Below, piece after piece: positions 55,061-64,000 of a stretch of DNA of 64,000 bases (the first letter of the stretch is position 1; each line of letters begins with the position of its first letter). The DNA lies in NCBI GenBank assembly GCA_964016885.1, contig OZ024762.1, positions 19,716,001 through 19,780,000 of the forward strand. The letters are read 5' to 3'. Origin of the DNA: Eledone cirrhosa (taxonomy: Eukaryota). Below the pieces are notes generated by a model. That model saw only the letters and a program-made list of their open reading frames with translations, searched no databases and was not told the origin of the DNA. A program made the translations under genes and the position numbers.

Positions 55061-55369
55061 ATGTGTGTCTCTTAGCTGAGTGCAATAGTTGATGGTCAGC
55101 CAACATTACAAAGGTGAACATCTTTAAAACAAAATGTTATATACACTTCATAATAATTATGATTACACCTCATTAAAAACAGGAGATACTGTAATTAACT
55201 GAGAGAGAGTGTGAGAGAGGGTGAGTGAGTGGGTAAGAGAGTGAGGGGGGTTATCTGGAAGCATCTCCTTATTAAAGTTTATGAAGTGTGGAAATAGGTA
55301 GAGAGATGTTTCAGTGAATTCTCAGTGGCAGTAGGGATATAGTGAGGTGATTGGTTAATTATTGTTAGT

Positions 55370-55925
55370 GAGTGTGAGAGAGAGAGGGAGGTGAAACAGA
55401 GAGAGAGAGGGGTTGAAACAGAGAGAGCGTGTGAGAGAGAGAAGGTAAAACAGAGAGAGAGTGTGAGAGAGGGGTTGAAACAGAGAGAGCGTGTGAGAGA
55501 GAGAAGGTAAAACAGAGAGAGAGAGAGAGAAAGGGTGAAACAAAGAGTGTGAGAGAGAGGAGGTGAAAGGGAGAGAGAGAAAGAAAGGGTGAAACAAAGA
55601 GTGTGTGAGAGAGAGGGGGTGAAAGGGAGAGAGAGAAAGGGTGAAACAAAGAGAGTGTGAGAGAGAGGAGGTGAAACAGAGAGAGAGAGAGAGAGAGAAA
55701 GGGTGAAACAAAGAGTGTGTGAGAGAGAGGGGGTGAAAGGGAGAGCGAGAAAGGGTGAAACAAAGAGAGTGTGAGAGAGAGGGGGTGAAAGGGAGAGAGA
55801 GAGGATGGTGAAACGCACAGAGAGCGAGAGAGAGAGAGAGAGAGAATGTGAGACAGTGAGAGGGGATGCGGCAGACAGAGAGAGAGAGTGAAGCAGAGAG
55901 AGTATGGGCGAAACACAGAGGGAGA
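55370..55925. repeat. GA-rich minisatellite with GGTGAAA anchors
   Basis: Repeated GGGTGAAACAAAGAGTGTG / GGTGAAAGGG. Confidence 0.85.
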
Positions 55926-56008
55926 GAATGGAGAGTTGGTGAGGGGAGGGGCGTATGATTGATGCAACTCATTGTATTAGATCTGTGACACGCTGCTCAA
56001 TGTCTATT

Positions 56009-56553
56009 GGCAGAGAATTGGTATTGTAAGAACATCAGAATACTCTGCATCTTTGGTTCCGATTCTCTGCTCACTTAGTTCAAATCCCACCAAGGTCATC
56101 TCTGCTCAAATCCCATCAAGGTCATCTCTGCTCAAATCCCATCAAGGTCATCTTTGCTCAAATCCCATCAAGGTCATCTCTGCTCAAATCCCACCAAGGT
56201 CATCTCTGCTCAAATCCCACCAAGGTCATCTCTGCTCAAATCCCACCAAGGTCATCTCTGCTCAAATCCCACCAAGGTCATCTTTGCTCAAATCCCACCA
56301 AGGTCACCTCTGTTCAAATCCCACCAAGGTCACCTTTGCTCAAATCCCACCAAGGTCACCTTTGCTCAAATCCCACCAAGGTCATATCTGCTCAAATCCC
56401 ACCAAGGTCATCTCTGCTCAAATCCCACCAAGGTCATCTCTGCTCAAATCCCACCAAGGTCATCTTTGCTCAAATCCCACCAAGGTCATCTCTGCTCAAA
56501 TCCCACCAAGGTCATCTTTGCCTTCCATCCCTTTGTCGTCAATAGTAATTGTT
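56009..56553 (+). mobile_element. SINE-B-related copy with internal 26-bp array (~17 copies, 56080-56520)
   Basis: Unit TCAAATCCCACCAAGGTCATCTCTGC begins within the B-box region. Confidence 0.85.
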
Positions 56554-56722
56554 CCTGATTTAGGTACACGGCCAACAATTTTGGCTGATGAGGAAAGTCG
56601 ATTAAATTGACCTCAGGGCATTACTGGTATTTTATTTTATCAACCCCCGTATAGCTGAAAATTAAAGCTAACCTCGGCAGGATTTGAACTCAGATCGTAA
56701 AGGGCTGTAACCCTATGCCATA
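56548..56722 (-). mobile_element. SINE-B
   Basis: ACCTCGGCAGGATTTGAACTCAGA. Confidence 0.78.
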
Positions 56723-56734
56723 AAACACACCCCT

Positions 56735-57768
56735 GTTTTGCAAGGTTTTTGATATGAAATCGTGTGTCGAAACCAATATTGTTATACTTGGGGTGGGTCA
56801 TATTGTTGTAGTAATATTGCCAGAAATAATAACAGAGCACACTCACTCTTTGATTGGTTTTTGCTTCTGTATCTTTTATATCTCCATAGTTAATTCATTT
56901 GGCCATCAATGTTGGTCACTGATTGACCAATGGTCAATAATACAGATATAGATACATATATATAGTCTAATGTTAATACATATATATGGTCTAATGTTAG
57001 GCTATGTATATGTATTTATATCTGTATTTTTGACTATATCTAGTTTTTAGTTTAGACTATATTTCATTTCATTTGAGTTTGAGTCCATGCTCAGGCCAAG
57101 TCGAAGACTCCACCCTATATGTATCTATCTATCTATCTAAGGCAGGTAAAATTCCCGAGATCCATGGACGAGTTCTCTCCAGCGGTCTCTGTCCCTCATT
57201 ATCGCTGCCATGTCCTGCATCTCCAACAGACCAGTGTCTGTCCTTAGGGCATCAACATACATTAACCTTGGTCTTCCTCTTCTAGTGTGTCCATGTAGGG
57301 GCTCTCAAAGGAGCACTGAGTGCAATGTCAACTCTGGATGTCGGTGAGCATGTCCAGCCAACCTCAGTCTCCTCTGTGTCACTTTTGAGCTGACTTTTGG
57401 GATGCTCCCATACAGCTCTGAGTTTTTCATCCTCAGTGTATACTGATTTATATGTATTTATATCTGTATTTTTGACTATATCTATTTTTTAGTTTAGACT
57501 ATGTATATGTATTTTGACTATATCTGTATTTTTTAGTCAATATATATGTATCTATATCTGTATTATTGGCCATTGGTCAGTCAGAGATAGACATTGATGG
57601 CCAAATGAATTAACTATGGAGATATAAAAGATACAGAAGCAAAAACCAACCAAAGAGTGAGCGTGTTCTGTTATTATTTCTGGCAATATTACTACAACAA
57701 TATGACCCTCCCCAAGTATAACAATATTGGTTTCGACACACGATTTCATATCAAAAACCTTGCAAAAC
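56735..57768. mobile_element. Inverted repeat (~230-bp arms 56735-56962 / 57540-57768), related to 46885-46977
   Basis: Arms are reverse complements; both carry MT(H/L)PKYNNIGFDTRFHIKNLAK pointing outward. Confidence 0.8.
57060..57432 (-). mobile_element. RTE-like LINE 3' fragment inside the inverted-repeat spacer
   Basis: Minus frame ELYG..QRRLRLAGHAHRH..RRGRPRLMYVD..MRDRDRWR; (TGAAA)n tail. Confidence 0.78.
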
Positions 57769-57795
57769 GAAAAATATATATATATATAGATATAT

Positions 57796-58082
57796 AATTC
57801 TCAGACCGGGTGATGTGTTGTTTCCTTGAGCAAGACACTTTATTTCACATTGCTCCAGTTTACTCAGCTGTAGAAATGAGATGATAGGGACTGGGGTCCC
57901 TATCATTCCACTGCAAAGTGGTCGTGGAGGTGCCACGGCAAAAAAGTACCCAGCACTCACTGTAAATGAGGTTGGTGTTAGGAAGGGCATCCAGCTGTAG
58001 AAATCAAGCCAGCATCAGTTCCCGTCCCACCCTTGCAAGCAGGGAAAAAGCGGACGTAAAATCAAAATGAAATGAAATGAAA
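57796..58082 (+). mobile_element. SINE-A, 5'-truncated
   Basis: Family consensus match. Confidence 0.9.
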
Positions 58083-58107
58083 ATATATATATATATATAT
58101 ATATATA

Positions 58108-58318
58108 GTGGTAGAACACTGGAAGGTAATATTCGTAGTGGTAGAGCACTCAGTCCATGGGACGAGTTAGGTAGAAGTGGTTACACAACAGTTCACCATA
58201 CCGAGAACAATTGTTTCACCATAACGGATCCTCAGCAGATGTCCATTACGAGCTGAGGATCCGCTAAGGTGAAACAATTGTTCTCGGTATGGTGAACTAA
58301 CTGTTGTGTAACCACTTC
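58108..58318. mobile_element. Fold-back PLE-like element (arms 58174-58236 / 58252-58318) in (TA)n
   Basis: Inverted arms with 15-nt spacer; contains HHR-6. Confidence 0.78.
58249..58286 (+). ncRNA. Minimal type I hammerhead motif (HHR-6)
   Basis: CGAG-CTGAGGA-tcc gctaa ggt-GAA-AC AATT GT-T-CTCG; weak stem II. Confidence 0.72.
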
Positions 58319-58334
58319 AATATATATAAATATA

Positions 58335-58480
58335 TATATAACGAAGGAATTGTGGTAAGGAACCAGATGGACCATAACGCACCAAAGTCCTCAATACTTA
58401 GGGTAGTAGAGTGGGTAATAGGAACAAGTAAGACCCCGACAGCAGAGCTCCGCTGTCGGGGTCTTACTTGTTCCTATATA
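58335..58480 (-). mobile_element. Second copy of the 12236-12430 element, ending in a hairpin
   Basis: Reverse complement of 12320-12430; TAGGAACAAGTAAGACCCCGACAGC / GCTGTCGGGGTCTTACTTGTTCCTA. Confidence 0.8.
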
Positions 58481-58492
58481 TATATATATAAT

Positions 58493-58840
58493 GGAGGCAC
58501 ATGGCTTAGTGGTTAGAGAATTGGCCTTGCAATCGAAAGGTTGTGAGTCCAATTCTCAGACCGGGTGATGTGTTGTTTCCTTGAGCAAGACACTTTATTT
58601 CACATTGCTCCAGTTTACTCAGCTGTAGAAATGAGATGATAGGGACTGGGGTCCCTATCATTCCACTGCAAAGTGGTCGTGGAGGTGCCACGGGAAAAAA
58701 AGGCACCCAGCACTCACTGTAAATGAGGTTGGTGTTAGGAAGGGCATCCAGCTGTAGAAATCAAGCCAGCATCAGTTCCCGTCCCACCCTTGCAAGCAGG
58801 GGAAAAGCGGACGTAAAATGATGATGATGATGATGATGAT
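58493..58840 (+). mobile_element. SINE-A full length
   Basis: Family consensus match. Confidence 0.93.
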
Positions 58841-59049
58841 ATATATATAGGAGCAGGCATGGGTGTATGGTTAGGGAGTTGGCTTCTGATGTTGGATCCT
58901 CAGTTAAAACAAAGGTTCTTACATATATATAGATAAATATATAAATACTTTGAAAGAAGCAGTTTTGTATGATACAACCAGGCTAGGTGTCATGTGGTTC
59001 GGCTTCAAGATGGTTAAGAGGTTTTAGATTAAAACTACTGTTTTCACAC

Positions 59050-59225
59050 TCTCTCGCTCTTGCTCTCTCTCTCTCTCCCCCTCTCTCTCTCTCCCTCTCT
59101 CTCTCTCCCTCTCTCTCTCACTCTCTCCCCCTCTCTCTCTCTCATGTTCACACTGACTATCTATGGAAGGACATGGTGTATGCCTGTCTGGTGTGGTGGA
59201 GAAGAGGTGTGTTATTTTAGTCCCT

Positions 59226-59259
<34 letters not shown>

Positions 59260-59303
59260 CACATGCATACATATGTATATATATATATATATACACATGC
59301 ATG

Positions 59304-59337
<34 letters not shown>

Positions 59338-59368
59338 CTTATATACATATATATATACATACACACAC

Positions 59369-59404
<36 letters not shown>

Positions 59405-59422
59405 ACGCACTTCTTATATGTG

Positions 59423-59489
<67 letters not shown>

Positions 59490-59504
59490 TTATATATACA
59501 CTTA

Positions 59505-59543
<39 letters not shown>

Positions 59544-59685
59544 TTATATATATATATATACACTTATTTTCATATATATATATATACTTATATATATATG
59601 TATATATATATATATAAGTATATATATATGAAAATAAGTGTATATGTATATATATATATATATATATATACACTAATATGTATGC

Positions 59686-59717
<32 letters not shown>

Positions 59718-59813
59718 TTATATGTATGTATATATATACATACATATAAGTGTGTATATATATATATATATATATATATGCATACATATAAGTATATATA
59801 TATACATATATAA

Positions 59814-59880
<67 letters not shown>

Positions 59881-61056
59881 CATACACATACAAGTGTGTG
59901 TGATTATATATATATATATATATATCACACATCTATATATATCTACATTATATATATATATATAATGTAGATATATATATACATATAAAGCTAGTGTATC
60001 ATTTAAATTAGTGTTATAAAACCTGAAATGCTATGTGACAGGGTAGCAATTTGTGGGAGTCAGAAACTGTCTGTTTTTATTGGACACAGTTCTTCTAGAA
60101 AGTTTCTGCACTGTGGAATAATGTGGTGTGTGTGTGTGTCTGGATGTGTGTGTATGTGTATGGATGTGTGTGTGTGTGCGTGTGTGAGAGTGTGTGTGTG
60201 TATGTATGTATGTGTCTGTGTGTATGGATGTGTCTGTGTGTGTGTGTATGGATGTGTCTGTGTGTGTGTGTGTGAGAGTGTGTATGTATGTATGTGTCTG
60301 TGTGTATGGGTGTGTCTGTGTGTGTGTGTATGGATGTGTCTGTGTGTGTGTGTGTGTGTGTGAGAGTGTATGTATGTATGTGTCTGTGTGTATGTATGTA
60401 TGTGTGTGTGTGTGTGGCTCTGTTAATGTGAGTGTATATGTGTGTGTGTGGCTCTGTTAATGTGAGTGTATATGTGTGTGCGTGGCTCTGTTAATGTGAG
60501 TGTATATGTGTGTGACCCTGTTAGTGTGTGTGTGGCTCTGTTAATGTGAGTGTATATGTGTGTGACCCTGTTAGTGTGTGTATGTGTGTGTGTGTGGCTC
60601 TGTTAATGTGAGTGTATATGTGTGTGACCCTGTTAGTGTGTGTATGTGTGTGTAACCCTGTTAGTGTATGTGTGTGGGTGTGGGGGTGGAGAAGTGGAAT
60701 GAGAGGTTAGAATAAGATTTTGGTAAGAATTGCAAGGAAACGGTTTTGGTTAGGGAAGGGAAGTATAGAGGAATCTCCAAGACTTTCCTTTCTCTCTCTC
60801 TCTGTCTGTCTCTCTCTCTCTCTCTTTCTTTTTGTCTCTCTCTCTTTCAGTCTCCCATCTCTGTGACTCTCCTGTCTCTCTCTCTCACTCCTCACAGCCT
60901 CTCTCTCACTTCTCTCTCTCTTTCTGTCTCACTTTCTCTTTGTCTCTCACTCTCACTTCCTCTCTCTCACTTCTCTCTCTCACTCTCGCATCTCTTTGTG
61001 ACTCTCCTGTCTCTCTCACTCTCTCACATCTCACAGCCTCTCTCTCACTTTCTCTT

Positions 61057-61114
<58 letters not shown>

Positions 61115-61465
61115 ATCTCTTTCTGGCCCTTCTGCTTCTCTCACTCTCAACCTCTTTCTTTCTCACTTCTTTCTCTCTCTCTGTGACTCTCCTCTCTCTC
61201 ACCACCAGAAGTAAGTTCTCACTCTCTCTTTTCCTCTCTCTCTCTCTGACTCTCCTCTCTCCCCACCAGAAGTAAGTTCTCACTCTTTCCATCTCTCTCA
61301 CTCTCTCTCTCTCACTCTCCTCTCTCCCCACCAGAAGTAAGTTCTCACTCTCTCTCTCTCTCACTCTCCTCTCTCCCCACCAGAAGTAACTTCTCACTCT
61401 CTCTTTCCATCTCTCTCTCTCTCACTCTCCTCTCTCCCCACCAGAAGTAAGTTCTCACTCTCTGT
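59050..61465. repeat. Microsatellite field ((CT)n, (TA)n, (TG)n) with small minisatellites at 60415-60665 and 61190-61465
   Basis: GGCTCTGTTAATGTGAGTG and CCCCACCAGAAGTAAGTTCTCAC repeats. Confidence 0.9.
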
Positions 61466-61657
61466 CCCCTCTCTCCCTTTCCACACCCCCGCCCCTGTTT
61501 CCCTCTCCATCCTCACCTGTCCTCAGTACAGCCCCTCCCCCCCAACCCCCCTCCTCCCAAGAAGTTGTTATACCAGGGACATTTGTTTTTCAGAATGTCT
61601 ACTTAAATAGTAAAATATGTTCTGTTACTGGTTCTAGCTTGTTTTGGATGGATATAA

Positions 61658-62897
61658 TGGTGGCTCTGGTTGTACAGGTGGTGGTGGTGGTGGTGGGGGT
61701 GGTGGTGGTGGTGGTTGTGGTGGTGGTACAGGTGGTGGTGGTGGTGGGGGTGGTGGTTGTGGTGGTGGTGGTACAGGTGGTGGTGATGGTGGCTCTGGTT
61801 GTACAGGTGGTGGTGGTGGTGGGGGTGGTGGGGGTGGTGGTGGTGGTGGTGGTACAGGTGGTGGTGGTGGTGGGGGTGGTGGTTGTGGTGGTGGTGGTAC
61901 AGGTGGTGGTGATGGTGGCTCTGGTTGTACAGGTGGTGGTGGTGGTGGGGGTGGTGGGGGTGGTGGTGGTGGTGGTGGTACAGGTGGTGGTGATGGTGGC
62001 TCTGGTTGTACAGGTGGTGGTGGTGGGGGTGGTAGTGGTGGTGGTGGTGGCTCTGGTTGTACAGGTGGTGGTGGTGGGGGTGGTGGTTGTGGTGGTGGTG
62101 GTACAGGTGGTGGTGATGGTGGCTCTGGTTGTACAGGTGGTGGTGGTGGTGGGGGTGGTGGTTGTGGTGGTGGTGGTGGTGGTACAGGTGGTGGTGGTGG
62201 TGGCTCTGGTTGTACAGGTGGTGGTGGTGGGGGTGGTAGTGGTGGTGGTGGTGGTACAGGTGGTGGTGGTGGTGGTGGTGGCTCTGGTTGTACAGGTGGT
62301 GGTGGTGGGGATGGTAGTGGTGGCGGTGGTGGCTCTGGTTGTACAGGTGGTGGTGGTGGGGGTGGTGGTTGTGGTGGTTGTGGTGGTGGTGGTGGTGGTA
62401 CAGGTGGTGGTGATGGTGGTACAGGTGGTGGTGGTGGCTCTGGTTGTACAGGTGGTGGTGGTGGGGATGGTAGTGGTGGCGGTGGTGGCTCTGGTTGTAC
62501 AGGTGGTGGTGGTGGCTCTGGTTGTACAGGTGGTGGTGGTGGGGATGGTAGTGGTGGCGGTGGTGGCTCTGGTTGTACAGGTGGTGGTGGTGGGGGTGGC
62601 GGTTGTGGTGGTGGTACAGGTGGTGGTGGTGGTGGCTCTGGTTGTACAGGTGGTGGTGGTGGTTGTGGTGGTACAGGTGGTTGTGGTGGTGGTGGTGGGG
62701 GTTGTGGTGGTGGTACAGGTGGTGGTGGTGGTGGTGGCTCTGGTTGTACAGGTGGTGGTGGTGGTGGCGGTGGTAATGGTGGTGGTGGTGGTGGTGGTGG
62801 TGGCTCTGGTGGGGGGGAGGGGGTACAGGTGGTTGTGGTGGTGGTGATGGTGGTGGTGGTGGTACAGGTGGTGGTGGTGGTGGTGGTAATGGTGGCA
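61658..62897. repeat. G-rich (GGT)n compound minisatellite with GGCTCTGGTTGTACAGG anchors
   Basis: Triplet-phased, open in several frames on both strands. Confidence 0.92.
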
Positions 62898-62977
62898 CTG
62901 GTGTTTGTACATTGTTACAAGAGTCATATATTCTAGAATTATTTTCCATTTTCTATCAATTTACCTTTACGTGTATA

Positions 62978-63032
<55 letters not shown>

Positions 63033-63034
63033 GG

Positions 63035-63086
<52 letters not shown>

Positions 63087-63371
63087 GATAATGTGTATAT
63101 ATATATATATATATATATATTAATATATATCTCTGTTTGTGTATACATCATCATCATCACCATTTTATAATGTCCACTTTCCCCAGAAATATATATATAC
63201 ACACATACATACATGTTTACATGTGTGTGTGTATATAATGTATCTAGAAATATAAATAATGACATATATATATATATTGTAAGCTATATAACCATTTCAG
63301 TTTAGTCCAGTGATGTGATTTATACATTTATAAGGATAATATGGAATTCTTACATGCAATCCGTTGTGTAA

Positions 63372-63618
63372 GGTGGTGTGTATAGAGATGTGAATGGGGT
63401 GGTGTGTTGGTGTGTATAGAGTGATGTGAATGGGGTGGTGTGTATAGAGTGATGTGAATGGGGTGGTTTGTTGGTGTGTATAGAGTGATGTGAATGGGGT
63501 GGTGTGTTGGTGTGTATAGAGAGGTGTGAATGGGGTGGTGTGTTGGTGTGTAAAGAGTGATGTGAATGGGGTGGTGTGTTGGTGTGTATAGAGAGATGTG
63601 AATGGTGTGGTGTGTTGT
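63372..63618. repeat. 36-bp minisatellite (~7 copies)
   Basis: GGTGTGTATAGAGTGATGTGAATGGGGTGGTGTGTT. Confidence 0.9.
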
Positions 63619-64000
63619 TTGTTGAATGTGGCATGGAGTGGTGGCTTGTCGGGGATTATAAAGACCATTTTTCTTTCTGCCCATCTCTGAGAACTCCAAA
63701 ATAATTGTCTAACCCTACACCATTATTTGAGTAAGCTAACGCTATGTAGGTGCAGGCAAATCTGTAGGGGTTAACTCGTTTTGCTTTGCTGTGCTTCACA
63801 TCCATGTGGTTCGATAGTTCACTGGTCTGGTAGTAATGTAGCTGTTGTTTTGGTACCCTGCCATGTAGCACACCCAGTGTCTATTCACCAATGGCTTCTG
63901 AGTGGAATTAAATAGAATTGAAGAGAAGCTTCAGAAGGCTGCCATGTGGGAAAATGGACTATTTTTTTAGCTGATTTGACTTGCATCTCCAACAAAATGA

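Noticed and set aside
61599-62949. Gly-, His-, Thr- or Val-rich 400+ aa ORFs
   Set aside because: Triplet-phased repeat open in several frames on both strands; no splice or domain evidence.

Overview
Eukaryotic, AT-rich, almost entirely repetitive DNA with no supportable intact host gene. The SINE types, microsatellite load and RTE-linked tails suggest a cephalopod/octopus genome (inference). Contents: a ~9 kb 61-bp SINE-derived satellite with a 70-monomer higher-order duplication, two tRNA-derived SINE families, truncated non-LTR retrotransposons (two R4/Dong-like restriction-like-endonuclease (RLE) elements, RTE, Tx1/L1-like), piggyBac-type (TTAA) and hAT-type MITEs, many transposon-derived minisatellites, and long microsatellites that explain nearly all ORFs in the track. 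The most notable hidden signal is a set of at least six sequence-diverse minimal type I hammerhead ribozyme (HHR) motifs plus half-motifs. Most sit in fold-back (inverted-repeat) elements beside (TA)n tracts, and one lies upstream of a short codon-conserved ORF start, consistent with several Penelope-like (PLE)/retrozyme families. All structures were read by eye; no folding or database searches were run.
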